Part shown: piece after piece, positions 38,615 through 48,111 of the stretch | How the letters are laid out: the number at the start of each line of letters is the position of its first letter | Position numbering within the stretch: position 1 is the first letter of the stretch | NCBI GenBank assembly: GCA_964437335.1 | Contig: CAYTGL010000001.1 | Span: 2,946 to 66,945, forward strand | From: an uncultured Chromatiales bacterium | GTDB lineage: Bacteria > Pseudomonadota > Gammaproteobacteria > SZUA-140 | Direction of reading: 5' to 3' | Length of the DNA stretch: 64,000 nt | Translations under genes and position numbers: made by a program | The notes under the pieces: generated by a model | The model's input: the letters and a program-made list of their open reading frames with translations, nothing else | Databases searched by the model: none | Told to the model about the DNA's origin: nothing

Positions 38615-40627
38615 TTAGCCGAAGAAGTACTTAAAGCCAACCTCGGCTTCTAGCTTCGGAATGGGCGCATAGAAAACGCCGCCGAAATCGAACATGGGTT
38701 CGGCAGTATCTTCATCCGGTTGATATACAAATGCAGCATAGGTGGACCACCGGTTCTTGTCGAAACTAACCTTGCCCATGTAACGCCAGAACGGATCACG
38801 CATCGTGCTTCCAGTTGAGTTGAGCGGGGTATCGCCAAGCTGCTGACCGTATAGATCGACAACAACGCGAGCATTGTCCATTAACGGTTTGAACCAGGTT
38901 CCGCCGACTGTCAGATAGTTTTCAGGTAGCCCGGATAGTTTATTAGCATCCGGCGAACTTGGTGTTTTATTTTTTGCATCAACTGCGGAATATGTAACAA
39001 ACAAGGATAAGGCACTGGTGGGATTGTAGGTTAATATCATGTCAAAACCGTTTCTTTCAATTTCGCCTACGTTGACTGCTTCCTCAGCGATGACATTAAT
39101 CTCGTCTTCTGTGGTACTCCAATAGTAGTTGAAATCTAAGCTCACTTGCGGATTAAATAAGACATTAAATCCGACATCAGTGCTAACTATCTTGGGCATA
39201 TTCAAGTCGAAGTTAGCATTTCCTGTTACAGGAGAAATCTCTGATACTTCCGGGGTACGGAATCCTTGACCGCTATTGGCATAAATTACAATGGTATCAC
39301 TTGGTGACCAGGTTATTCCAAGCTTAGGACTTAGTAAATCGGCATTTCCTGTTCCAGAGTTAGCAGGCGTAATATTATTAGTGATGTCCGAATCATAAGT
39401 GTCATACCGCAAACCACCATGAAGTTTTACTCGTTCTAGAATCTGATATTGAGCTTGGGCAAACAGTCCAATGCTTAACTCATTAATATCCCAATCACTG
39501 TTTACAGCTCCGGTTTTGTCACGATCGAGGGTGGGAAAGCTTTGAAGTATCATGTCATCGTAACGTCCATCTGTACCGACAGTAATAAGATATTTGTTTC
39601 CGGGTAAAAAGTTGTAAAGGACGTTCCATCCAAAATAGCTATTCTCATTATGATTCAAGCTTTGTGGGCTGTTGAACGATGAATACCGATTCAATTCCTT
39701 ATCAGATAGATACACTGTGCCATGCCAACCAGACTCGCCAGGAGACGAGTCGTAGCGTATTGCGAGATTTATCGCGTTACTGTCGCCACCGTCTGACGGT
39801 TGGGAAGACCCTATTGGTATTGTAGCCGCTGTCCGTGGGATCACACCATTGATCACATCATCCAGCAATATATACCCGGGCGCATCCCATTCCTCATTAA
39901 CAAGGTGTGCCACAATCGACACATCACCTCCCATGGATGCAATTGTTGCCTTATTATAAAGGTTGTAGCGTGTGTCCTCGCTGTTATCCCTATAGCCTTC
40001 CTTGTCGCGGAACTCATACATTAAAAATGGTGTGACATTACCATGAGTTTCATTATAAGTCCCAACGGCGCGCATATACTTGTAACTGCCAATTTCCGCA
40101 CCTGCACTCGAACCAGCATTGCGTGATTTTGTTATTATGTTAACGGCACCACACAATGCGAAGTTCCCATATAAAGCTGATATGGGTCCCTTGATAATTT
40201 CAATTCGCTCGACCATCTCCGGCGTAATCCAGGCAAAATCACCGTAACCATGAGCCTGACCATGATTTGGCATGTTCATAGGTACGCCATCTACATGTAC
40301 AGCGATTTGATTTGTATGGCTCCCGGATGTACAACCCCGCATTGCCAAACCGTCTGCTATACCACCCTGGCCATAAGGTTGTGTATTCATACCGGGTTGT
40401 TTTCGAAACAGATCGAGATAGTTCGTTACTGGCATAGTATCAATCTGCTGAGAGTCGATGATTAGAACAGATCCTGGCAAGGCTTCTGTAGATGTTGAGA
40501 TAGCCGCCTTTTCTTCTCCTCCTACAACAGTCATGGCTGGCAGAGTTTCTACGTCAGCAGAATATGCAGTTGAAAATATCACAGCAGACATAACCAAAAT
40601 GCATGCTAGAAAAAGTTTTTGCGACAT
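38615..40627 (-). CDS. TonB-dependent outer-membrane receptor (TBDR3), low GC
   Basis: 670 aa. Signal peptide, plug domain, barrel ending ...FKYFFG. Confidence 0.9.
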   Translation of the reverse strand: MSQKLFLACILVMSAVIFSTAYSADVETLPAMTVVGGEEKAAISTSTEALPGSVLIIDSQQIDTMPVTNYLDLFRKQPGMNTQPYGQGGIADGLAMRGCTSGSHTNQIAVHVDGVPMNMPNHGQAHGYGDFAWITPEMVERIEIIKGPISALYGNFALCGAVNIITKSRNAGSSAGAEIGSYKYMRAVGTYNETHGNVTPFLMYEFRDKEGYRDNSEDTRYNLYNKATIASMGGDVSIVAHLVNEEWDAPGYILLDDVINGVIPRTAATIPIGSSQPSDGGDSNAINLAIRYDSSPGESGWHGTVYLSDKELNRYSSFNSPQSLNHNENSYFGWNVLYNFLPGNKYLITVGTDGRYDDMILQSFPTLDRDKTGAVNSDWDINELSIGLFAQAQYQILERVKLHGGLRYDTYDSDITNNITPANSGTGNADLLSPKLGITWSPSDTIVIYANSGQGFRTPEVSEISPVTGNANFDLNMPKIVSTDVGFNVLFNPQVSLDFNYYWSTTEDEINVIAEEAVNVGEIERNGFDMILTYNPTSALSLFVTYSAVDAKNKTPSSPDANKLSGLPENYLTVGGTWFKPLMDNARVVVDLYGQQLGDTPLNSTGSTMRDPFWRYMGKVSFDKNRWSTYAAFVYQPDEDTAEPMFDFGGVFYAPIPKLEAEVGFKYFFG

Positions 40628-40786
40628 TATTCTCCCCTCACAGTTATTTTCCTGTAACTGTTAATCGTGAACGAGCGTTCAATTTCCCGCATGACTCATT
40701 CGCCCCCTTGTATGGTTATTGGTATCTGTCAATCAGTTCATCAGGCTCAGCTTCCTATCTAATAAGAGATTGAGTCAGAGGTGGCG

Positions 40787-40818
40787 GGCCACCCGGCGGG
40801 GGAGAGGATCCGCCGGAT
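40787..40818. repeat. palindromic element CCACCCGGCGG-N10-CCGCCGGATGG (copy 2)
   Basis: Near-identical to 30516-30547. Lies between DUF4198-2 stop and TBDR3 start. Confidence 0.5.
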
Positions 40819-40882
40819 GGCTTACGCCGGGCACTGCATTTATTTCGTTCAGACCTACAGGGTCATCAACGAAATTCTCCTG

Positions 40883-41584
40883 TTAACGGAAGAAGGTGAG
40901 ATTGGTCTCCAGCGCTAGTGTGTCAGCGTCAGGGTGATTTTTCAGGGTTTCCTTATGCCTTGCCAGGATGTACTGAAAACTGTCCGCTGATATCGGTAGC
41001 GAGGCCTTGCCGTCGGCATCGGTCTTGTGCAGCGTTTCGTCGCCAAGTATCTCGATCTCTGCGCCTGAGAGAGGCTTTGATTTGTACAGCAACTGTACGG
41101 GCAGAAGTTCACCGGGCTTCAATGCAAGAGGGTCCTTGAGCGGCAGGATTTCAAAGTCCGCGCCGACCGGCTTGCCTGCTGTCTGACTCCAGGAGACGAT
41201 CATCTTGTTGAATTTCATGGAATGCATTGATGCCTTGTAATTTGGCACTTCCCGCTTTGAAACATTGAAATATTTTTCATTCTGGTCTTCGGTCCAAAAC
41301 CCATTGTCGAAATCCGTGATGACCAGTGACAACCCGCCAGGAAATTCAGCGAACAGCTGTTCATTGTGCACATGAGTCTTGATCTTGCCTCTGGCACCGT
41401 CTTTGTTGATGCCGGTTACTGATTTTGCTTTAGCCGGTTCATAGGGTTCGGGTTCGCCGGGATGGCCATAAACAAGCCGATAATTTTCCCCGTCGGGCAC
41501 GAACCAGACATCATGTGCCGATGCAGTGGCGGCAAATACGATCGATAAGGCTGTCAGTATGAGAAATATTCGTAATATTTTCAT
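40883..41584 (-). CDS. DUF4198-domain periplasmic protein, copy 2
   Basis: 233 aa, signal peptide, HDVWFVPDGENYRLVYGHPGEPEPYEP. Paralog of 29730-30437. Confidence 0.8.
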   Translation of the reverse strand: MKILRIFLILTALSIVFAATASAHDVWFVPDGENYRLVYGHPGEPEPYEPAKAKSVTGINKDGARGKIKTHVHNEQLFAEFPGGLSLVITDFDNGFWTEDQNEKYFNVSKREVPNYKASMHSMKFNKMIVSWSQTAGKPVGADFEILPLKDPLALKPGELLPVQLLYKSKPLSGAEIEILGDETLHKTDADGKASLPISADSFQYILARHKETLKNHPDADTLALETNLTFFR

Positions 41585-41659
41585 GGTTCTCCTCGGTGTG
41601 ATTATATGTGCTGGGCGGCCGTGTCAACGATGTGACCGCCCGGTAACCTGCTGGACCAA

Positions 41660-43679
41660 CTACATCGATATCGAAATACCCATCATGAAATTGATTGGTG
41701 GGCGCGGTGTATAGAGGTCTTCGAAAGCTGCTTCGGAGTACACCTCATCCGTCAGGTTGTTGATATCGAGAAACCAGCGCGCATACTTGCCCTGATCAAG
41801 CGGCACGGCGTAGAACACGCTGGCGTCTAGGACATCGAAGCCGTCATATTTGACGGTATTCGCAGCGTTGAGATAGGAAGATCCAATGGAGCGCCAGCGC
41901 AGACTACCGCCCCAGCCGGACGGAGGTGCGTAGTTGAGGCTGATCGTTACAATATGATCCGCTGATCCCTCGATCTCATTACCAACCAGTGTAGCATCCG
42001 GATTGCTTAGGATCTCGCTATCCGGCAGCGCAAAGATTGCGGAGACGCTGAAGTTGTTTATTGCCTGCGGGAAGTACCGGACCTCACCCTCCAGACCGCT
42101 GCGACGTGTTTTGCCGACATTGCGGAACTGCGATGATCCCGGCGGATCCTCGAGAATCTCGTCGGAGCTGTCAAGAATGTAGTAGGCGAGATCCAGGTAC
42201 CATTGCGGGCTCGGCGTGCCGTTGATGCCCACTTCGTATTGCCAGTACTGGATTGTGTCAACATTGATGGTAGGATCGTATTTCGACTCGCCATCGGGTA
42301 ATCCGAAACCGTCGGCGATGCTGCCACGCAACTCCCAGTTTTCATGGAACGCCGAACGCACACCGAGCTTCGGGCTGATGTGGTCATAACTGTTATCTTC
42401 GTTGAAAGGCGTTCCGCTGGGATCCCGGTTGAGATAGGAACCATTGTAGTTGTCATAGCGAACCCCAAGGGTCGGACGGAATAGCGGACTGATATCCATA
42501 TCGATCTGTCCGTAGATCGATGCGGTTTGGCTGTCGAAGACTCGATCTTCGATCTGGTCGATGCGCACCCGATTGCTGGTGTCCCAGCGCAGCCAGTCGG
42601 TCTCTTCGGTGTAATATTCGAAGCCCACTACCCAGCTGCTGGGAATATTGAAAAGGGTCCGGGAACCATTCAGGCTGCCGCCGGTGGCAATGGCATTGCG
42701 GCCGTAAAAGCGTTCGGTCTGGCCGCCGGGGTCATAGCCGAACTTGGCGAAGCGAGTAAAGTCATTGCTGGTGCCATAGAGAAACAACAGCATTCTGAGA
42801 TCATCGTCAACGTCATAAAACCAGTCAAGACGCTGGTTATAATACTGCTTGTGCCCGCCGTCGTTCTCGGCATTGATGGCCTGCTGTCTGCGGACGCTTT
42901 CGTCCCCGCTCTTGAACTGTTCTTCAGGAATATAGCCCGGGGCATCCCACTGACCGCCATAACCACGCATCGTCAGTACCACTTCGGAACGGTCACTGAC
43001 ATCGTAGCCGAGCCGCAGCGAGGCATTGGTTTTAGTGAAGCGCGAGTTCTCGCGCCAGCCTTCGCTGTCATAGGCCTGGAGCGCCAAGTTGGCCTTGAAT
43101 GGACCGATCTCTCTGCCCATGGCTGCCTGGGCATCAAAGGTTTTGTACATGCCGCCGGAGAGATAGGCGTCGTTATAGTTACCGCCCTTGCGGGTCGTGA
43201 AGGCCAGCACACCGCCGCGGGCATAGTTGCCGTACAGTGCCGACCGGACCTCTGTAGACAGTCAGGGAATCGATCTCGAGCGGTATGATGCTGTTGGTGT
43301 CGGCATATCCGTCGGCATGGGATTCGCCTTCGTTGAGACTGATGCCATCGAGGGTGATTGCGGCGTCACTGCCGTGTCCGCCTGTCTGGAACCCTCGTAT
43401 CGTAAACTGATCGGCGACGCCACCTTGCTGGTAGACGCCCAGATCAAGCCCCGGGACTTCTTCAACCAAGCGTAGCGATTGATCCCAGGAACGGGAACGG
43501 ATCACGTCTGAACCTATGGTGTTGACACTGAACGAGCGATCGGCCTCCCTCATGCCTTCACCCTTTACGGTAATTTTATCGAGATCGACGTTGTCCGCCA
43601 GTGCGGCGCCTCCCGCTGCTGCCCCGATTCCGTATAAGATCGCGGCTAAGACGCTTCTCCTCACTAGGTGATTAATCAT
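41660..43679 (-). pseudogene. TonB-dependent receptor (TBDR2) disrupted by a frameshift near 43235
   Basis: N-terminal 166-aa ORF (43179-43679) and C-terminal 516-aa ORF (41660-43210) are collinear with TBDR1. They are out of frame at ...VYRGPVG|ALYGNYARGGVLAFTTRKGG, where TBDR1 has the in-frame motif GPVSPLYGNFARGG. Confidence 0.7.
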
Positions 43680-44195
43680 TTCTCATTCGCTCCCTAGAAT
43701 GATTATTGGTTATTCGTCAAACAGTTCATCAGGATCAGTCTCCTGCCATGGAAACTGAGTTCGTAATATGTTAACGTAATATTTATTACTTAGACAAGCG
43801 GTATGTATTATTAAGAATACTGCATCCTAGATTCGCCAAGTTGGTTTCTGTTTCAAATCGACGTATCGATCTTCCGCCGCTTCAGAACCCAATACTCTCG
43901 GCCGGTTCAGAATCTAGTACTTTCGTATGTTCCGTTACAGCAGTTCACTTTGGTCCATATCATTATATTCTATAAGTTTATTATTCCAGGCACGGTGACC
44001 GTCATGCGCATTGGACGCGAAATAAGCAGCGCTTCCCCGGCTCGCTTCAGGCAGTAATTACGGGAGAATTACGGATTCGACATTTCGGTGTGCTGTATGT
44101 TGTTCCTATACAACACAGTGGCGTATCACTGATGATTCGAACCGCCAGCGGGAATCACGCCACCCGATGGGGCGAATGATCGCGATATATTTGTA
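43680..44195 (-). promoter_or_regulatory. conserved long 5' leader of TBDR2; candidate cis-regulatory RNA with cobalamin-riboswitch-like motifs
   Basis: Transcript-sense sequence contains GGGTGGCGTGATTCCCGCTGGCGG...GCCACTGTG...GCCTGAAGCGAGCCGGGGAAGCGC. These are reminiscent of the B12 aptamer core (GGTG.A..TCCCGC...GCCACTG...GGGAAG). Not validated. Confidence 0.3.
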
Positions 44196-45641
44196 TTATT
44201 TGCGCCAGAATTCCGGCGTCAGCAATACCAGCAGCGTGAAGATCTCAAGTCGCCCGAGCAGCATCGCGAGTGTGCACAACCATTTCGCGGTCGGGTTGAT
44301 ATCGTGGAAGGTGGAAGCGACCTCGCCCAGGCCGGGACCGAGGTTGTTCAGGCTCGTCGCGACCGCGCCGAACGCGGTGACCTGGTCGACGCCGGTCGCC
44401 ATCAGGGCAAGCACCAGTGCGGCGAAGATCATGATGTAGATCGAAAAGAAACTCCAGATCGCGTCCAGCACGAGTTTTGGTACCGGACGGTCGCCGATCT
44501 TGATCGGCCGGACCAGTTGCGGGTGAATCAGGCGCTGCAGCTCGCGAATGCCGACCTTGGCAAGCACGATGATCCGGATCGCCTTGATTCCGCCTGACGT
44601 CGACCCGGCGCAACCACCGAAGAAGCTGACAAAGATCAGCAGCATTGGCAGGCCCAGCGGCCAGACCGCGAAATTCCCGGTGCTGAAGCCGGTTGTCGTG
44701 ATCACCGAGACGACCTGGAAGGCCCCGTGGCGCAGGGAATGGGCCCATGTCGGGTATTGCTCGCCGAGCCATAGGAACATCCCGGTCAGCAGCGCGAATC
44801 CGAGTACGGTCAGCAGAAATACCCGCGACTGAGTGTCGTGCCAGTAGACCGAGGGACTCGGTCCACGCAGCGCCATGAAGTGAACACTGAAACTCAACGA
44901 GCCTATCAGCATGAACACGATCGCAATGATCTCGATGGCGAGGTTGTCGAAATGGCCGATGCTTGCATCGTGGGTCGATAAACCGCCGGTTGAGACGGTC
45001 GACATGCTGTGGGCAATTGCGTCGAACAGCGACATGCCGGCTAGCCAGTACGCGGCCGCACAGGTCACGGTCAGCGCGAAATAGATGATCAGCATGAAGC
45101 GTGCGGTCTGGGCAATGCGCGGGGTCAGCCTCTCGTTCTTCATCGGTCCCGGGGTCTCGGCCAGGTAGAGCTGCATGCCACCGACGCCGAGCATCGGCAG
45201 GATCGCGACCGCGAGCACGATTACGCCGAGGCCGCCAAACCACTGGAGCTGCTGGCGGTAATACAGGATCGAGAGCGGCAGGTTGTCGATGCCGACGATC
45301 GCGGTTGCGCCGGTCGTCGTGAAGCCGGAGACCGCCTCGAACACGGCGTCGGTCAATATGAGATCGGTGCCAAGCAGCAGCGGGATGCTACCGAGTGTCC
45401 CGAGCAGTACCCAGAACAGCGAGACGATGAGAAAGACTTCGCGATTGTAGAGATTGCCACGATGCCGACGCGTCGGCAGCCACAGCAACAGCCCGGGCAG
45501 CGCGAGAATCAGCACGCTTTCCAGGAAAATGATTAACTGACCGTCATTTCCCCACGCGGCAAGCAACGCTGGCGGGATCAGCGTCAGGCTGAACAGTAAC
45601 AAAAACAGGCCGACGAGACGGATGACGAAGGCAGGCCGCAT
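44196..45641 (-). CDS. trkH: Trk-type potassium uptake protein TrkH
   Basis: 481 aa polytopic membrane protein with TrkH/KtrB fold. Confidence 0.9.
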   Translation of the reverse strand: MRPAFVIRLVGLFLLLFSLTLIPPALLAAWGNDGQLIIFLESVLILALPGLLLWLPTRRHRGNLYNREVFLIVSLFWVLLGTLGSIPLLLGTDLILTDAVFEAVSGFTTTGATAIVGIDNLPLSILYYRQQLQWFGGLGVIVLAVAILPMLGVGGMQLYLAETPGPMKNERLTPRIAQTARFMLIIYFALTVTCAAAYWLAGMSLFDAIAHSMSTVSTGGLSTHDASIGHFDNLAIEIIAIVFMLIGSLSFSVHFMALRGPSPSVYWHDTQSRVFLLTVLGFALLTGMFLWLGEQYPTWAHSLRHGAFQVVSVITTTGFSTGNFAVWPLGLPMLLIFVSFFGGCAGSTSGGIKAIRIIVLAKVGIRELQRLIHPQLVRPIKIGDRPVPKLVLDAIWSFFSIYIMIFAALVLALMATGVDQVTAFGAVATSLNNLGPGLGEVASTFHDINPTAKWLCTLAMLLGRLEIFTLLVLLTPEFWRK

Positions 45642-45906
45642 GTCTGGAGCCGGAGGCGCCTCTCGGCCGTCCCGGTAACGGCATTATCTTTATGAAGGAG
45701 GGGCCCGGGCCGGACAAATTAGAAGTGATTACAGTGCGCAAGTCAAACCTACCGGGGGCGTACTTGTGCGCCTGCGAAATCAGGATTGGGTGCGCACGGC
45801 TTGTCCGGATCACGCGTCAACGCTGACATGTTCATCGCGTGGCATTTCGCGTGCGTGATAATCGCCGCCACAAACGGGAACGTCGATGTCCTGGCCTAGC
45901 AACGAA

Positions 45907-45935
45907 TGGGGTCAGGCCCCTGCGGGGTCTGACCC
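45907..45935. repeat. REP-like palindrome GGGGTCAGGCCCC-tgc-GGGGTCTGACCCC
   Basis: Imperfect inverted repeat in the trkH-ffs intergenic region. Second copy at 60788-60815. Confidence 0.5.
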
Positions 45936-45999
45936 CGAGTACCCACACCGGGCAAAGAAACTGCTAGACTATCCGTCCAGGCCGCCATGGCCATTACGC

Positions 46000-46117
46000 A
46001 ATGGCAGCCCGTGCCGGTCCCCTCGCAACGGCAGGTTGTAAACCCCGTCAGGCCCGGGAGGGAGCAGCGGTAGCAACTGATACGTGTGCCGGGGTGTGGC
46101 GGGTACGGGTTGCCACC
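46000..46117 (+). ncRNA. ffs: signal recognition particle RNA (4.5S, ffs)
   Basis: Domain IV consensus GTCAGGCCCGGGAGGGAGCAGC, then ...GATACGTGTGCCGGGGTGTGGCGGGTACGGG, matches E. coli 4.5S GUCAGGUCCGGAAGGAAGCAGC...GACGCGUGUGCCGGGAUGUAGCUGGCAGGG. 5'/3' ends pair. Conserved position upstream of dnaX. Ends approximate. Confidence 0.7.
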
Positions 46118-46149
46118 TTCCAGGAATGCAGGGATCTGGATAAATAGCT

Positions 46150-47742
46150 ATGACCTATCAGGTGCTTGCCCGCAAGTGGCGACCCCGTTCGTTCGAACGC
46201 CTGGTCGGCCAGGAACATGTCCTGCGGGCGCTGGTCAACGCGCTCGACAGCGGGCGACTGCATCACGCCTATCTATTCACCGGTACCCGCGGTGTCGGCA
46301 AGACCACGATCGCGCGCATCTTCGCGAAGGCGCTGAACTGCGAGAAGGGGGTCAGTTCCACACCCTGCGGCGAGTGCAGTGCCTGCCGCGAGGTCGATGA
46401 GGGCCGCTTCGTCGATCTGATCGAGGTTGACGCGGCCTCGCGCACCAAGGTCGAGGACACCCGCGACCTGCTCGACTATACCCAGTACGCCCCGACGCGC
46501 GGTCGCTACAAGGTCTACCTGATCGACGAGGTCCACATGCTGTCGAAGCACAGCTTCAATGCGCTGCTGAAGACCCTCGAAGAACCGCCGCCGCATGTCA
46601 AGTTCCTGCTCGCGACTACCGACCCGCAGAAGCTGCCGGTTACCGTATTGTCGCGCTGCCTGCAATTCAATCTGAAGCGCCTGCCCGAGGATCTGATTGC
46701 ACGGCATCTGGCCGACGTGCTCGAACAGGAAGGCATCGCGGCCGAGGCGCCGGCGATCGCCGGCATCGCGCGCGCTGCCGATGGCAGCATCCGTGATGCG
46801 TTGAGCCTGCTCGATCAGGCGATCGCCTATGGTGGCGGCGCGTTGAGGGAAGCCGAGGTCAGGTCGATGCTCGGCACGATCGATCATGCTCATATCCACG
46901 AAGTGCTCGCAGCGCTCGCCAATGGCGACGGCGCGCGTCTTTTACAGTGCGTGCAACAGGCCGCTGAGTTCACTGTCGATTTCTCCGGGCTGCTCGATGA
47001 ATTGATCGCTGCACTGCAACGCATCGCCGTTGTGCAACTGGTGCCCGGGGCGGTCGACTCCAGCCGGGGTGACGTCGAGCGGATCGCCGCATTGGCCACG
47101 CAGTTCGAGCGGGAAGCGGTCCAGCTCTATTACCAGATTGCGCTGCTCGGCCGGCGTGACTTGCCGCTCGCGCCCGATCCGAGAAGCGGCATCGAGATGA
47201 TCCTGTTGCGGATGCTGGCCTTTCGTCCCGCGTGCGCAGAAACACCGGCCGCCGCCGCAGGCGGGATGACGCCGGTTGCAAAGGCGTCAGCCGCGAAGGT
47301 ATCGGAGCCTGCGCGCCCTGCAACTGCACGGACGGCGACGTTCACTGAACCAGTCGCTGCGGGAGAAGACTGGGAAGGACTCATCGGCAAGATGAACCTG
47401 CAGGGCATGGTACGTGAACTCGCCGCGAATTGCGTGCTGATCGAGCGTAACGCCGACCTGATCCGCCTGCAGCTCGACAAGGCGCATGCGCATCTGCACA
47501 GCAAGATCATCGAAGATCGCCTGCGCCAGGCCTTGCAGAAGCAATTCACCGGTGGTCTTCGCCTCGAGATCCTGGTCGGCGACAGCAGCGATGCATCGAC
47601 GCCGGCGGGGCGGCGTAAAAAGCAGGAGCAGGACCGGCTGGATGCCGCGATCGCGTCACTCGAGGAGGACGCCGAGGTCAGGGTGCTCAAAGACATCTTC
47701 AATGCGCGGATCGTTCCGGGGTCGGTGCAACCGGTTGAATAG
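46150..47742 (+). CDS. dnaX: DNA polymerase III subunits gamma/tau
   Basis: Walker A GTRGVGKTT, zinc module CGECSACRE, sensor motifs. Confidence 0.95.
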   Translation: MTYQVLARKWRPRSFERLVGQEHVLRALVNALDSGRLHHAYLFTGTRGVGKTTIARIFAKALNCEKGVSSTPCGECSACREVDEGRFVDLIEVDAASRTKVEDTRDLLDYTQYAPTRGRYKVYLIDEVHMLSKHSFNALLKTLEEPPPHVKFLLATTDPQKLPVTVLSRCLQFNLKRLPEDLIARHLADVLEQEGIAAEAPAIAGIARAADGSIRDALSLLDQAIAYGGGALREAEVRSMLGTIDHAHIHEVLAALANGDGARLLQCVQQAAEFTVDFSGLLDELIAALQRIAVVQLVPGAVDSSRGDVERIAALATQFEREAVQLYYQIALLGRRDLPLAPDPRSGIEMILLRMLAFRPACAETPAAAAGGMTPVAKASAAKVSEPARPATARTATFTEPVAAGEDWEGLIGKMNLQGMVRELAANCVLIERNADLIRLQLDKAHAHLHSKIIEDRLRQALQKQFTGGLRLEILVGDSSDASTPAGRRKKQEQDRLDAAIASLEEDAEVRVLKDIFNARIVPGSVQPVE

Positions 47743-47779
47743 AGGATATTCCGGAGTATCAATGAAGAGGTAGCATGCG

Positions 47780-48103
47780 ATGAAAGGTGGATTGGGTGGT
47801 CTGATGAAGCAGGCCCAGAAGATGCAGGAAGATATGCAGCGGGCGCAGGAGGAGATCGCGTCGATGGAGGTCACCGGCCAGGCCGGCGGTGGACTCGTCA
47901 GCGTGATCATGACCGGGCGCCATGACCTCAAGCGTGTCACGATCGACGACAGCCTGATGAAAGACGACAAGGAAATGCTCGAGGATCTGCTGGCCGCGGC
48001 GGTCAACGACGCAGTGCGCAGGATCGAGACCGAGACACGGGAGAAGATGGCGGGCATGACCAAGGGCCTGCCGTTTCCGCCGGGGATGAAGTTGCCGTTC
48101 TGA
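47780..48103 (+). CDS. ybaB: nucleoid-associated protein YbaB/EbfC
   Basis: 107 aa. Conserved dnaX-ybaB-recR order. [17 protein letters not shown] start. Confidence 0.9.
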   Translation: MKGGLGGLMKQAQKMQEDMQRAQEEIASMEVTGQAGGGLVSVIMTGRHDLKRVTIDDSLMKDDKEMLEDLLAAAVNDAVRRIETETREKMAGMTKGLPFPPGMKLPF

Positions 48104-48111
48104 CCCCGCAG

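Noticed and set aside
46273-46899. 208-aa minus-strand ORF opposite dnaX (similar antisense ORFs lie opposite nnr, mutL and the EAL gene)
   Set aside because: All lie wholly inside strongly supported genes on the other strand. A high-GC genome yields long stop-free antisense frames.
46150-47742. Programmed -1 frameshift site (A AAA AAG) in dnaX
   Set aside because: No canonical slippery heptamer was found by eye. Whether gamma is made by frameshift or slippage cannot be asserted.
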